Assembly: GCA_018674175.1 (NCBI GenBank)
Contig: JABHAT010000016.1
Location: forward strand, 215,058-279,057
Reading direction: 5' to 3'
Length of the DNA: 64,000 nucleotides
Origin: Gammaproteobacteria bacterium
Lineage (GTDB): Bacteria > Pseudomonadota > Gammaproteobacteria > Poriferisulfidales > GCA-002705445
Positions 1 to 10,671 of the stretch are shown here, in pieces (the stretch's first letter is position 1; each line of letters starts with the position of its first letter). The notes beneath the pieces are model-generated. The model worked only from the letters and a program-made list of their open reading frames with translations, searched no databases and was not told the origin of the DNA. The position numbers and the translations under genes are program-made.

Positions 1-329
1 ACTATTAAAGGTATATTATCTACATACCTAAAAAAAGAAGTATTATCTATTACAATCGCACTACTTTGTGTTGCTATACTTGCGTATTTTTCTGAGATAT
101 CTCCACCTGCCGAAAACATTGCAATATCTACTTTTTTAAAATCAAAGCCATCTAAGGATTTTATTTTATAATCATCTCCTTCTATTTTTATTATTTTTCC
201 ATCAGATTTTTTACTTGCTAAAAGATATAAATTATTTATTGGAAATTTTCTCTCTATCAAGATTCTAACCATCATTTGTCCTACTGCGCCAGTAGCACCA
301 ACAACCGCAATATTATATTTTTTATTCAT
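1..329 (-). CDS. asd: aspartate-semialdehyde dehydrogenase, N-terminal part (gene continues beyond left window edge)
   Basis: My own reverse-strand translation from the CAT at 327-329 gives MNKKYNIAVVGATGAVGQMMVRILIERKFP, a Rossmann GATGAVG N-terminus typical of Asd. Its ATG overlaps the leuB stop (ATGA). The leuB-asd adjacency is common in Gammaproteobacteria. It is absent from the ORF track because it is truncated. Confidence 0.8.
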   Translation of the reverse strand, partial: MNKKYNIAVVGATGAVGQMMVRILIERKFPINNLYLLASKKSDGKIIKIEGDDYKIKSLDGFDFKKVDIAMFSAGGDISEKYASIATQSSAIVIDNTSFFRYVDNIPLI

Positions 330-1405
330 GCTATTACCTTTATTTTTTCAGTTATGCAATCACCCATTTCACTTGTAGAAATATTCTTATCATTGGGTGA
401 AATGTCTTTCGTGTACATTCCATCTTTTAAAACTAATTTTACTGATTTCAAAATGTGATCATATATATCTAGCCTGTTAAAAGTATTTTGAAATAACATT
501 GCAACTGATAAAATAGTTGCGATTGGATTTACAATATTTTGTCCAGCAATATCTGGAGCAGATCCATGAATTGGTTCATACACTCCAAAATTTTTGTCAT
601 TTAATGAAGCAGAAGGTAGCATTCCTATAGATCCAGTTAATACTGAGGCAATATCAGACAATATATCTCCAAATAAATTCTCCGTAACAATTACATCAAA
701 TTGCTTTGGGTTTTGAACCAATTGCATGGCAGCATTATCAACATACATATGTGATAAGTCTATATCTGGATAATTTTCCGATAATTTATTAACAGCCAAC
801 CTCCATAATTGGGATACTTCAAGAACATTAGCTTTGTCAACAGAGCATAGTTTTTTATTTCTTTTTTTGGATAGTTTAAATGCATACTCTGAAATTCTAT
901 TTACTTCAGAATTATTATATCTCATAGTATTAAATGCCTCTGTATTATCATTATTAAATCCACGAGGCTCTCCAAAATATAATCCACCCACTAACTCTCT
1001 AATTATTACAATATCAAGATTTTCTATATATTCACTTTTTATAGATGAAGAATTAGCTAATTCAGAAAAAGAAATAATTGGGCGAATATTAATAAATAAA
1101 TTTAACTGTTTTCTTAACTCAAGTAATCCTGTTTCAGGTTTTTTTTCCTTGGGCAAAATATCATACTTTGCACCACCAACTGCTCCAAGTAAAATTGCAT
1201 CAGAGTTATTTATTTTATTTTTTGTCTCTTCTGGGAATGGAAAGCCAAATTTGTCAACTGCAACTCCGCCAAAAAAACCTTCTTGTATATCTATATTCAA
1301 ATTATAAATTTTAGAAATAACATTTATTACCTTTAATGCTTCGGAGGTTACTTCAGGGCCTACGCCATCTCCAGGTAAAACTAATATTTTCATTCTTTTA
1401 TCCAT
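326..1405 (-). CDS. leuB: 3-isopropylmalate dehydrogenase
   Basis: 359-aa ORF with ILVLPGDGVGPEV and NLFGDILSD motifs of the IPMDH/IDH family, located downstream of leuCD. The start could instead be the internal MKILVL Met at 1393. Confidence 0.95.
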   Translation of the reverse strand: MDKRMKILVLPGDGVGPEVTSEALKVINVISKIYNLNIDIQEGFFGGVAVDKFGFPFPEETKNKINNSDAILLGAVGGAKYDILPKEKKPETGLLELRKQLNLFINIRPIISFSELANSSSIKSEYIENLDIVIIRELVGGLYFGEPRGFNNDNTEAFNTMRYNNSEVNRISEYAFKLSKKRNKKLCSVDKANVLEVSQLWRLAVNKLSENYPDIDLSHMYVDNAAMQLVQNPKQFDVIVTENLFGDILSDIASVLTGSIGMLPSASLNDKNFGVYEPIHGSAPDIAGQNIVNPIATILSVAMLFQNTFNRLDIYDHILKSVKLVLKDGMYTKDISPNDKNISTSEMGDCITEKIKVIA

Positions 1406-2033
1406 TGAATATCCACGGTGTTTTTACAAACTTTTTATTCTCGTATTCTTTTATTTTATTACTTAATTTTAGAGTTTCTGATATATCATCAATACCTTCA
1501 GCTAAAACTTCTTTTCTTCTCTTGTCTATTTCAAATTGAACTTCAAAATCAACACAAGATATTAATTGATCATTTAAATTTACTGTAAAAATATTATTTT
1601 CTCTAGAAACGCTACTTGTAATTTTTTCAAAATTTTCGGAATTAAGTACTATTGGCAATAAACCGTTTTTAAAGCAGTTATTATAAAAAATATCTGCAAA
1701 GCTAGTTGAAATTACAGCATTGAAACCGAAGTCCATTAATGCCCAAACTGCATGCTCCCTAGATGACCCACAGCCAAAATTGTCTCCAGCAATTAATATC
1801 TTTGCACCACTATATTTAGGATTATATAAGAAAAAATCTGGATTTTTTTTTCTCAAGCTGTGGTTATCACCTAAATTTCCAGGTTCCAAATATCTCCAAT
1901 CATCAAATAAAGTTTCCCCAAAGCCTTCTCTTGTAACTGACTTTAAATATTGTTTTGGAATAATTGCATCCGTATCAATATTTTTTCTATCTATATAGGC
2001 TGCAACTGATTTTATTTCTTCAAATTTTTTCAT
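1398..2033 (-). CDS. leuD: 3-isopropylmalate dehydratase small subunit
   Basis: 211-aa ORF with GDNFGCGSSREHA (aconitase swivel domain), lying between leuC and leuB. Confidence 0.95.
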   Translation of the reverse strand: MKKFEEIKSVAAYIDRKNIDTDAIIPKQYLKSVTREGFGETLFDDWRYLEPGNLGDNHSLRKKNPDFFLYNPKYSGAKILIAGDNFGCGSSREHAVWALMDFGFNAVISTSFADIFYNNCFKNGLLPIVLNSENFEKITSSVSRENNIFTVNLNDQLISCVDFEVQFEIDKRRKEVLAEGIDDISETLKLSNKIKEYENKKFVKTPWIFNG

Positions 2034-2035
2034 AA

Positions 2036-3436
2036 TTAAATATCTCTCACATCAACAAAATGACCATGTATTGCTGCTGCTGCTGCTGTAGCTGGACTAA
2101 CTAAATGTGTTCTGCCCAAACGACCTTGTCTTCCTTCAAAATTTCTATTTGATGTTGATGCGCATCTTTCATATTCATTTAATTTATCATCATTCATTCC
2201 TAAGCACATTGAGCAACCAGGACTTCTCCATTCAAAACCTGATTTTAGAAAAACTTTATCTAAACCCTCTTTTTCAGCTTTCTCTTTTACTAGTCCTGAG
2301 CCTGGAACAATAATTGCACTTTTTATATTGTTAGCAATTTTTTTATTCTTTACTATATCCGCAACTACTCTCAAATCTTCTATACGAGAATTTGTACAAG
2401 AACCTATAAAAATTTTATCTAATTCTATTGAATTAACGTTTTGTTTTTCTTTTAAACCCATGTAAGAGAAAGCATTTAATAAATCTTGTTTCTTAGATAC
2501 ATACATTTCGTCTTCTAAATCAGGCAATTTCCCGTCTATATTTACTGCCATCTCAGGCGATGTGCCCCAAGTTATCATTGGGCCAGATTTGCTTATGTCA
2601 ACATCTATAGTTTTATTGTAAATTGCTCCTTCGTCAGAAACCAATTCTTTCCAATATTTTTTTGCCTCAAGAAAATCCTCTTCCTTTGGGGAATAAGGTT
2701 TTTTATCTACATAGCTTATTGTTTTTTCGTCAACTGCTACCAAACCAGTTGTTGCTCCAGCTTCTATAGTCATATTACATAAAGTCATTCTGGCTTCCAT
2801 TGAAAGATTTCTTATAGCGCTGCCCGTATATTCAATAGCGCAACCTGTTCCACCTGCTGTACCAATTTTACTTATTATTAATAATGCTAAATCTTTAGAA
2901 TAAAAATGCTCGGACATTTCTCCAATAATATTAATATTCATATTCAAAGACTTTTTCTGTAATAAGCATTGGGTTGCTAACACGTGCTCAACTTCCGAAG
3001 TTCCTATACCAAATGCTAAAGCAGCTAAGGCGCCGTGAGTCGATGTATGAGAATCTCCACATACAACAGTCATTCCTGGTAAAATTATTCCTTGCTCGGG
3101 GCCGACAACATGGACAATACCTTGCCTAATATCTTCAAGATCAAATTTCAATAAGTCATTATTTTTACAATTTTTATTTAAGGCATCTACCTGAATCTTT
3201 GATATAGGATCTTTAATTCCACCCTCTCGTAAAGTCGTAGGTACATTGTGATCTGGGACAGCCATAATACTTTTTTTACTCCATATATCTCTTTCTGCTT
3301 GCCTTAAACCTTCAAAAGCTTGAGGAGAAGTAACTTCATGTATTAAATGCTTGTCTATATATATTAAGCTATATCCATTATCGTATGAATGGATATGATG
3401 CTCATCCCATAATTTGTCGTATAAAGTCTTTTTCAT
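2036..3436 (-). CDS. leuC: 3-isopropylmalate dehydratase large subunit
   Basis: 466-aa ORF with [24 protein letters not shown] and [10 protein letters not shown] aconitase-family motifs. Confidence 0.96.
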   Translation of the reverse strand: MKKTLYDKLWDEHHIHSYDNGYSLIYIDKHLIHEVTSPQAFEGLRQAERDIWSKKSIMAVPDHNVPTTLREGGIKDPISKIQVDALNKNCKNNDLLKFDLEDIRQGIVHVVGPEQGIILPGMTVVCGDSHTSTHGALAALAFGIGTSEVEHVLATQCLLQKKSLNMNINIIGEMSEHFYSKDLALLIISKIGTAGGTGCAIEYTGSAIRNLSMEARMTLCNMTIEAGATTGLVAVDEKTISYVDKKPYSPKEEDFLEAKKYWKELVSDEGAIYNKTIDVDISKSGPMITWGTSPEMAVNIDGKLPDLEDEMYVSKKQDLLNAFSYMGLKEKQNVNSIELDKIFIGSCTNSRIEDLRVVADIVKNKKIANNIKSAIIVPGSGLVKEKAEKEGLDKVFLKSGFEWRSPGCSMCLGMNDDKLNEYERCASTSNRNFEGRQGRLGRTHLVSPATAAAAAIHGHFVDVRDI

Positions 3437-3451
3437 AATAATTTACTTAAT

Positions 3452-4648
3452 TTATATAGTTCTATAATTAGATTTTACTAAGATAAGCGCCACAATAAAA
3501 CCTAAAAAAGCGAATAAGGATGCATATAAATATACTGCTGATCCACCAGAAGATTCCCAAAGATATCCACTATAAAAACTACCTATGGACCCTCCAAGTC
3601 CAAAACTTACGCTAGAATACAGTGCCTGCCCTCTTCCCTGGAGTTCTCCCGTGAAATATTCATGAATCAGAGAAATAGAAACAGCGTGATACATTCCATA
3701 TGTAATAGCATGAAACAAAGTTGCTAAAATTACAATAATGATATTCTCTGGGAAGAACGAAATCAATAGCCATCTCGAAGTTGCAAATAAAAAACTAATT
3801 ACAAATAAATTTTGCAGACCATATTTTGGTATCCATGAAGATATTTTTATAAAAATTAATATTTCTGCAATTACACCCAATGACCATATAAATCCAATTA
3901 AGTTTGTATTGTAACTATTTTCAGATAAATATATTGCAAAAAAAGCATAAAAAGGCCCATGACTTAGCTGCATTAGAAAGCAAGATAATAATATTCCTAT
4001 AACTGCTGGTTTAAATACAATACTCATTAAAGAATTATTATGTTTTTCCGAATTTGCGCTTGAACTATTTACAAATAACGTTGTGATAAAAGTTAAAAAT
4101 AGAAAAACTAAAATACATATGGGTACAATATTGATTCCATATCTATTTGTAAGTATAGACAAAGAAATTACGGATATTATAAAACCAAATGATCCCCATA
4201 ATCTAATCTGACTATATTTATTATAAGAAGAACCTAGGGTATTCATAGTTACTGCTTCAAATTGTGGTAACGATGCGTTCCAAAAAAAACTAAAGAAAAA
4301 AATTAATAAAAGCATGTCTGGGAAGCTTTTAATTGAAGATGCAAACAAAAAAATTATAAAACAGCTTAATGCGCCAAGTTGAATAACTCTATGCCTTAAT
4401 CCTGTTTTATCTGCGATCCAACCCCATAAATTTGGAGCAATAATTTTAGTGCCAATCATTGCTCCAGTGATAATACCTATTTCATAGGGAGTGAAATTTA
4501 TATGATTTAAGTATAGCGGCCAAAATGGTAAAAATGCTCCCAAGGTAGAAAAATAAAAAAAATAAAAAGATGAAAGTTTTAAATAAGATTTATTAAACAT
4601 AATTGGTGAATCTAAAATATTACCCTTATAAATTTTATTATTTTTCAA
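3452..4648 (-). CDS. MFS transporter (HcaT / phenylpropionate-permease-like MFS_1_like type)
   Basis: 398-aa polytopic ORF whose N-terminus YFFYFSTLGAFLPFWPLYL resembles the HcaT-type MFS family. It ends 15 nt upstream of leuC, so it is probably co-transcribed. Substrate unknown. Confidence 0.7.
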   Translation of the reverse strand: MKNNKIYKGNILDSPIMFNKSYLKLSSFYFFYFSTLGAFLPFWPLYLNHINFTPYEIGIITGAMIGTKIIAPNLWGWIADKTGLRHRVIQLGALSCFIIFLFASSIKSFPDMLLLIFFFSFFWNASLPQFEAVTMNTLGSSYNKYSQIRLWGSFGFIISVISLSILTNRYGINIVPICILVFLFLTFITTLFVNSSSANSEKHNNSLMSIVFKPAVIGILLSCFLMQLSHGPFYAFFAIYLSENSYNTNLIGFIWSLGVIAEILIFIKISSWIPKYGLQNLFVISFLFATSRWLLISFFPENIIIVILATLFHAITYGMYHAVSISLIHEYFTGELQGRGQALYSSVSFGLGGSIGSFYSGYLWESSGGSAVYLYASLFAFLGFIVALILVKSNYRTI

Positions 4649-4769
4649 TTTTATTTTTTTCCTTTAAAATATTTTCAGGGTGATGTAATTTTAAGCGATA
4701 GAAGTCTGGTCGCGAATTTTTTTATTTCCTATAATTTGTAACGAACGTTAAAATTATATTGCTACTTTA

Positions 4770-5831
4770 CTATAGATTTTGAGCTTTATGTCTTAAAGCG
4801 TGATCTATGAGAACTAAGGCCAACATTGATTCGGCAATAGGCACTGCCCTTATTCCAACACATGGATCATGGCGTCCTTTTGTAATGACAGTGGAGTCTT
4901 GCCCTTTATTATCTATAGATTTTCCAGGTAATCTGATACTTGATGTTGGTTTTATAGCCATACTAACCTCAATATCTTGACCCGAGGTTATTCCGCCCAA
5001 TGTTCCTCCAGAATTATTACTTAAAAAACCTTTCTTTGAATCAATTTCATCTCTGTGCTCTGTTCCTTTTTGTGTAACAGACTCAAACCCAGCACCAATT
5101 TCAACACCTTTAACAGCGTTTATACTCATCATAGCTTTTGCTATATCTGCATCTATCCTATCAAATACTGGCTCACCAAAGCCGGCTGGAACATTTTTTG
5201 CAACTACATTTATTCGTGCTCCGATAGAGTTTCCCTCTTTCCTAAGTGCATCCATATAATCTTCAAGCTCTTGGACTTTATTTTTATCAGGAAAAAAGAA
5301 TGGGTTATTCTCGATATCCTTATAATTGATTTTTTCAGCAACAATTGGTCCAAGCTGAGAAACATAACCCTGAATCTCTAGGTTGAAATTTTCTTTTAGA
5401 TATAATTTAGCTATTGCTCCAGCAGCAACCCTTGTCGCTGTTTCTCTGGCAGAGGATCTTCCTCCACCTTTATAATCTCTTGTGCCATATTTTTTATCAT
5501 ATGTAATATCAGCGTGACCTGGTCTATATAGATCTTTAATATCGGAATAATCCTTACTTCTTGCATCTTCATTATAGATAATAAGGCTGATTGGTGTACC
5601 AGTAGATTTACCTTCAAATACCCCTGATAATATTTTAACTGTATCGGATTCTCTTCTTTGAGATGTGTGCCTAGTCTTTCCTGGCTTTCTTCTATCCAAA
5701 TCTTTTTGAATATATTCAATATCGATCTTGAGGTTTGGTGGGCAACCATCTATTATACATCCAATAGCTTCACCATGACTTTCGCCATAAGTGGTTACTT
5801 TAAATAATTTTCCATGACTGTTTCCTGGCAT
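4770..5831 (-). CDS. aroC: chorismate synthase
   Basis: 353-aa ORF with [18 protein letters not shown] and GRHDPCV signatures. Confidence 0.96.
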   Translation of the reverse strand: MPGNSHGKLFKVTTYGESHGEAIGCIIDGCPPNLKIDIEYIQKDLDRRKPGKTRHTSQRRESDTVKILSGVFEGKSTGTPISLIIYNEDARSKDYSDIKDLYRPGHADITYDKKYGTRDYKGGGRSSARETATRVAAGAIAKLYLKENFNLEIQGYVSQLGPIVAEKINYKDIENNPFFFPDKNKVQELEDYMDALRKEGNSIGARINVVAKNVPAGFGEPVFDRIDADIAKAMMSINAVKGVEIGAGFESVTQKGTEHRDEIDSKKGFLSNNSGGTLGGITSGQDIEVSMAIKPTSSIRLPGKSIDNKGQDSTVITKGRHDPCVGIRAVPIAESMLALVLIDHALRHKAQNL

Positions 5832-5871
5832 GCTTATATTGTATCAAAATTTATAGTTATAATAATAAAAA

Positions 5872-6738
5872 ATGAAAGAAAACTTAAAAAAACTTGTTAA
5901 TCAATTTAAAATTACGTTATTTCATATAGCTCCACTTCATTTTATCTCCAATATAACCTATAAGGTCTCTAGAATAGAAGATGTTGGAATAAAAAATCTT
6001 CTAATAAAAATATATATTGCTATCTTTGATATTAAATTAGATGAATATAAAATAAAAAACATTAAAGATTATAAGTCATTAAATGACTTTTTTACTAGAG
6101 ACCTAGACTTATCTTTTAGAAAAAATCTAAATGAATCAAATAATATTATTTCTCCTTGTGATGGGACAATAGCTGGCTATGGTGAAATAAATAACAATAC
6201 ATTTATTCATGCTAAAAAGTATAAATACTCTATAAGTGAGTTAATACATGAAGAAAATAATGATTTAAAAAATGGTAGATTTATTAATATTTACTTAGAG
6301 CCTAAGGATTGTCATAGAATATATATGCCTTGTGGCGCATCATTGACAAAAGTTACTCATATCCCAGGATCTCTTTTTAGTGTAGCCCCATATGCAACAG
6401 AAGGTATAAAAAAACTTTATTCAAGAAATGAACGAGTTATTCTTTCTTTTCAAAATGATCAATTTAAAATGTCTTTAATTATGATTGGTGCTGTTAATGT
6501 TGGTTGCATATCATTATCTGAGTATGGAATAATTGCTCCCTCCAAGTATAGAAATAGCATTACCGAATTTAAAAATAAAGAAGATGTTAAGTATTATAAA
6601 AAAGGCCAAGAGATTGGTATGTTTAATCTTGGTTCAACGGTCATACTTTTAATAAGTGATATAAATATTAGTTGGTCAGAAAATATAGCTAAAAAAGAAA
6701 AAATATTAATTAGAGATGAAATATTAAGAATATCTTAA
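5872..6738 (+). CDS. psd: phosphatidylserine decarboxylase proenzyme
   Basis: 288-aa ORF with the FNLGSTV self-cleavage (LGST) motif near the C-terminus. Confidence 0.92.
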   Translation: MKENLKKLVNQFKITLFHIAPLHFISNITYKVSRIEDVGIKNLLIKIYIAIFDIKLDEYKIKNIKDYKSLNDFFTRDLDLSFRKNLNESNNIISPCDGTIAGYGEINNNTFIHAKKYKYSISELIHEENNDLKNGRFINIYLEPKDCHRIYMPCGASLTKVTHIPGSLFSVAPYATEGIKKLYSRNERVILSFQNDQFKMSLIMIGAVNVGCISLSEYGIIAPSKYRNSITEFKNKEDVKYYKKGQEIGMFNLGSTVILLISDINISWSENIAKKEKILIRDEILRIS

Positions 6739-7304
6739 GACTTTACTCTTGAAACATATTCCTTTGATCTAGTATCTATCTTTATAATATCATTTTCATT
6801 TACAAATAAAGGAACATGGATAATAGCGCCTGTTTCTAAAGTAGCAGGTTTTGTGGCCTTAGAAGTAGTATCACCTTTAAGGCCAGGCTCTGAATGCTTA
6901 ATCATCAATTCTACAAATATGGGTAACTCAATATCTATTGGATTATCATTAAAAAAAGTAACAATACAAATTTCTTCACCTTTTAACCAGATTTTGTTTT
7001 GCCCCAATACTTCTTTACTTATAGAAATTTGCTCAAAACTTTCGGTGTTCATAAAATAGTAGCTTGCCTCATCGTTATAAAGATACTGCATTTCATAAGT
7101 CTGAACATCAGCTGAATCAAGTTTATCTCCAATTTTTAGAGTTCTCTCAATAACTCTTCCATTAGTTAAATTCTTTAACTTTACTTTACTAAAAGCCTGT
7201 CCTTTTCCCGGTTTATGAAAAGAATTATCTATTATCTCAAATGGGTCATTGCTGATTAAGACTTTTAAGCCATTTTTTATATTGCTTGTGCTATAACTTG
7301 CCAT
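6735..7304 (-). CDS. efp: translation elongation factor P
   Basis: 189-aa ORF with KPGKGQAF (Lys-type modification loop) and the three-domain length typical of EF-P. Confidence 0.95.
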   Translation of the reverse strand: MASYSTSNIKNGLKVLISNDPFEIIDNSFHKPGKGQAFSKVKLKNLTNGRVIERTLKIGDKLDSADVQTYEMQYLYNDEASYYFMNTESFEQISISKEVLGQNKIWLKGEEICIVTFFNDNPIDIELPIFVELMIKHSEPGLKGDTTSKATKPATLETGAIIHVPLFVNENDIIKIDTRSKEYVSRVKS

Positions 7305-7310
7305 TGTAAA

Positions 7311-8192
7311 TTAACTATTCCTTAATAATGATTCAATTCTAGATTCTATAGAAGGATGGCTGCTAAATAAACTTTTATATGATTTTTCTTTTTTTCCTGA
7401 TATACCAAAAGCCGCCATTTGATCAGGTAATGCATCTGGTGACTTTATAGCTAGTATTTTTAAAGCTGCAATCATTTTGTCTGCTCCAACTAATTTTGCA
7501 GCTGATAAATCTGCCTCATACTCCCTTTTTCTTGAAAACCACATAACAATAATATTAGCCAATATTGATAGCAAAATTTGAACAAGTATGCTGGTTATAT
7601 AATATGCGGGGCCATGGCCTCTTTGAACTTTAAAAACTACTCTATCAACAACATGACCAATAACTCGTGAGAAAAATATTACAAACGTATTTATTATTCC
7701 TTGAATTAACGTCATAGTAATCATATCACCATTACTTATGTGCGAAATCTCGTGCGCCATTACAGCCTCGATCTCATCTCTATTCATATGATTAATAAGC
7801 GCAGAACTAATAGCTACCAAAGATTTATTTTTTGAAGAGCCTGTTGCAAAAGCATTTAATTGTTGAGACTCAAATATTCCAAATTCTGGAGTTTTAATTT
7901 TAGCTTTATAAGATATATCACTCAATGTATTTAAAAGCCATTTTTCAGTTTCGTTTTTAGGTGTTTCTAATAAAATTACACCCATACTTCTTTTAGCTAG
8001 CCACTTAGAAATTAACAGTGATATAAAAGAGCCTGCGAAGCCAATAATAGCTGAGATAAATAAAAGAGAACTAATGTCAAGATCCACGCCATTTTCATTA
8101 AGAATACCAGTGACACCAAATAAAGACATTGATAAGCTCAACACAAGAAGTATTGCAATATTGGTACCTAAAAAAAGTGCTATTCTAAACAT
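7311..8192 (-). CDS. htpX: membrane zinc metalloprotease HtpX (M48)
   Basis: 293-aa ORF with N-terminal TM helices, the HEISH zinc motif and EYEAD downstream. Confidence 0.92.
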   Translation of the reverse strand: MFRIALFLGTNIAILLVLSLSMSLFGVTGILNENGVDLDISSLLFISAIIGFAGSFISLLISKWLAKRSMGVILLETPKNETEKWLLNTLSDISYKAKIKTPEFGIFESQQLNAFATGSSKNKSLVAISSALINHMNRDEIEAVMAHEISHISNGDMITMTLIQGIINTFVIFFSRVIGHVVDRVVFKVQRGHGPAYYITSILVQILLSILANIIVMWFSRKREYEADLSAAKLVGADKMIAALKILAIKSPDALPDQMAAFGISGKKEKSYKSLFSSHPSIESRIESLLRNS

Positions 8193-8244
8193 AAAAAATA
8201 ATTGAAAAAGTATAGTTAATTAAAATATATTATTATAATAACTG

Positions 8245-10671
8245 ATGAATATAAATAATTATTTACAAACAGGTGTAAGTGTAAATGTTACTGCAGATGC
8301 GGGAACAGGAAAGACTTGGTTTATTATAGCAAAAATTCTAAGAATGCTATTAGATGACGTAAGCCCAGAAAAAATAACAGCAATTACATTTACGAAAAAA
8401 TCATCTGTAGAAATGAGAGAAAGACTAAATGCAAAAATGGAGTTATGGGGAAAACTTTCAGACGCAGAGATTAGAAAAGAATTGAATTCCATAGGTATAA
8501 ATAAAAGATTAGATTTTTATAAAAAAAAAGCAAGAAACCTATTTATAAAAACGCAGATTAGTAATAAAGATATTAGAATAGCTACATTCGATGCCTTTTT
8601 CATGGATATATTATCTCAATTTCATCTTGATAAAGAGGTTTCGAAGAAAATAGAAACAAATACAAATTTAAATTCAAAATTAATAGCAAAAGAAGTTGAA
8701 GATAAAATATTAAGCAGTAGTAATTTAAAAAAAAATGTAGATTTACAAAAAAATATAGACTTCTTGATAGAGCAAATAGGAAGTTTTAATAGTGTTAAAG
8801 AGTCAATAAATGGAATTATAGATAAAAAATCTTACTACTTAGAAATTTATGAAAATATTTATAATGTAAAAAATAATACTAAAGAAAAAGAAAACAGAAT
8901 TAAAGTCTTCAAACAAACTCTGATTGATAATATTGAAAATAAAATTACAAAAAATAATCTAGAAAATTTATTTTATGATCTTAAATCATATCTAAGTTCA
9001 AATGATTTTAATAATGACAATAAGATTAATTTAATTAAAGATACTTTTATAACAAAGTCTCGTACGCCAAGAAAAAATATTGAAAAAAAATTAATTAAGG
9101 AAAATTTTAAGATAGATATAATGACAGATGAAATATATAAATATGAAGAAAAAATATTTTATGAAATTCAAAACTCATGGAAATTTTTAGTTAATAATTT
9201 CTTTTTAGAGTATCAGAACGCATTAAATAAAGAAAATATTTATGATTTTTCTGATAAAACTTGGTTATGTTATAAAAAGTTGTCAGAGCTTGTTGCTGAT
9301 GACTGGTTACTATATAAAATTTCAAATTCTATAAGTCATATTCTTATTGATGAATTTCAAGATACAAATTTTTTACAGTGGCAAATTATTAAAATTATTC
9401 TAAATGCAATAAATGATAAGTCTGATTCCTCTACTGTCACCATAGTTGGAGACCCAAAACAATCAATTTATGGATTTAGAGGTTCTGAACCTAAGCTGTT
9501 TGATATATGCAAAAAATTTACAAGTTTAAATTTTCAATCAAAAGATTTTTTTCTTAATGAGTCAAGAAGATCTTCAAAGAAGATTGTTAATTTTATAAAT
9601 AAAGTCTTCCCAGAAAATAAAGATTTTTTTACAAAAATAAAAAAAGACGGAGTAGTTGATATTCATGAATTAGTTGAAAATAATAATGAGGGCTTACGTT
9701 CAAATATTTCTCAATTAATTACAGCCGAGTCAAATAGAATATCTGAGCAGGTTCATGATTTAGTAGAAAATTATAAAATAGATTATAAGAGCATTATGAT
9801 ATTAGTAAGAAATAGAACTCATACCAAAGAAATTGAAAAAATATTAATTAATAGCTCTATTCCAGTTACATCTAATTTTAAAAAGTCATTACTTGATGAG
9901 CCAGAAATTAATCACTTGTACCTTTTGTTAAAATATTTAATTTTGGAAGAAAATAATATAACAGAAATTTATTCTCTATTAACCTCACCAATTTTTAACT
10001 ATACAATTAATGACTTAAATAAATACAATGTTTATGATTACTCTCAATTAAATAGTTTGATTTATAATCATGAGATTGGACCGCTTATAAAAAAATGGAA
10101 AAATCTCATAGGACTAGTTCCAATGCATGATTTATTAAATATAATTTATAAAGATTTAGATATAATAAAAACTTATTTTACAAATAATGAAGTTAGAAAT
10201 AGTGAAATTAATTATAATTTTTTAAATTTTTTAAATTTATCTTTAAAAATAAATAATGGAAGATATGTAACACCCTTGCAGTTTTTATGTAAAATTGAGA
10301 AAACTAGAGATTTTGCGGAGTCAAATGAGCCTCCTGATCTTAATTGCGTAAAAATTTTAACTATTCATTCTGCTAAAGGCTTAGAGTCTGAGGTAGTTAT
10401 ACTTGCGCAATCATATCGTAACAATATTAAATATGATAAAATTTTACCAATATTCTCTAAAGATTTTGCTTGCAAAGATCTCTTGTACAATCCAAAAATT
10501 TTTAAAAATAACATATTTATAGATAGTAAGTTTGAGAATACAGAATTAAGATATTTATCTGAAGATAGAAATTTACTATATGTTGCCTGCACAAGAGCAA
10601 AAAACGTATTAATAATTAATGGCTATAAGACTAAAGACAGCTGGTTTTCTAATTCTTTATTTTCTCAATAA
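8245..10671 (+). CDS. UvrD/Rep/AddA-family SF1 DNA helicase, no recognisable nuclease domain
   Basis: 808-aa ORF carrying motif I ADAGTGKT, motif II ILIDEFQDTN, motif III VGDPKQSIYGFRG, LTIHSAKGLE and motif VI LLYVACTRAKNVLII. Inter-motif regions are K/N/I-rich and low complexity. It ends right after motif VI. Confidence 0.8.
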   Translation: MNINNYLQTGVSVNVTADAGTGKTWFIIAKILRMLLDDVSPEKITAITFTKKSSVEMRERLNAKMELWGKLSDAEIRKELNSIGINKRLDFYKKKARNLFIKTQISNKDIRIATFDAFFMDILSQFHLDKEVSKKIETNTNLNSKLIAKEVEDKILSSSNLKKNVDLQKNIDFLIEQIGSFNSVKESINGIIDKKSYYLEIYENIYNVKNNTKEKENRIKVFKQTLIDNIENKITKNNLENLFYDLKSYLSSNDFNNDNKINLIKDTFITKSRTPRKNIEKKLIKENFKIDIMTDEIYKYEEKIFYEIQNSWKFLVNNFFLEYQNALNKENIYDFSDKTWLCYKKLSELVADDWLLYKISNSISHILIDEFQDTNFLQWQIIKIILNAINDKSDSSTVTIVGDPKQSIYGFRGSEPKLFDICKKFTSLNFQSKDFFLNESRRSSKKIVNFINKVFPENKDFFTKIKKDGVVDIHELVENNNEGLRSNISQLITAESNRISEQVHDLVENYKIDYKSIMILVRNRTHTKEIEKILINSSIPVTSNFKKSLLDEPEINHLYLLLKYLILEENNITEIYSLLTSPIFNYTINDLNKYNVYDYSQLNSLIYNHEIGPLIKKWKNLIGLVPMHDLLNIIYKDLDIIKTYFTNNEVRNSEINYNFLNFLNLSLKINNGRYVTPLQFLCKIEKTRDFAESNEPPDLNCVKILTIHSAKGLESEVVILAQSYRNNIKYDKILPIFSKDFACKDLLYNPKIFKNNIFIDSKFENTELRYLSEDRNLLYVACTRAKNVLIINGYKTKDSWFSNSLFSQ

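Noticed and set aside
834-1307. Long antisense or alternative-frame ORFs in the track: 834-1307(+) in leuB, 1720-1998(+) in leuD, 5055-5381(+) in aroC, 11753-12118(+) in xerD, 14679-15017(+) in lptF, 22364-22963(-) in sohB, 30214-30597(-) in pstA, 43167-43643(+) in uvrB, 46408-46779(+), 51854-52141(+), 57661-57954(+) and others.
   Set aside because: Each lies entirely inside a gene with strong family motifs on the other strand or frame. Their translations are S/L/F/I-rich low-complexity strings typical of the reverse complement of AT-rich coding sequence, and none has a recognisable motif or its own intergenic space.
5411-5749. 112-aa same-strand alternative-frame ORF inside aroC.
   Set aside because: It overlaps the most conserved part of chorismate synthase. 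It has no recognisable domain or RBS, and it is most simply a chance open frame.
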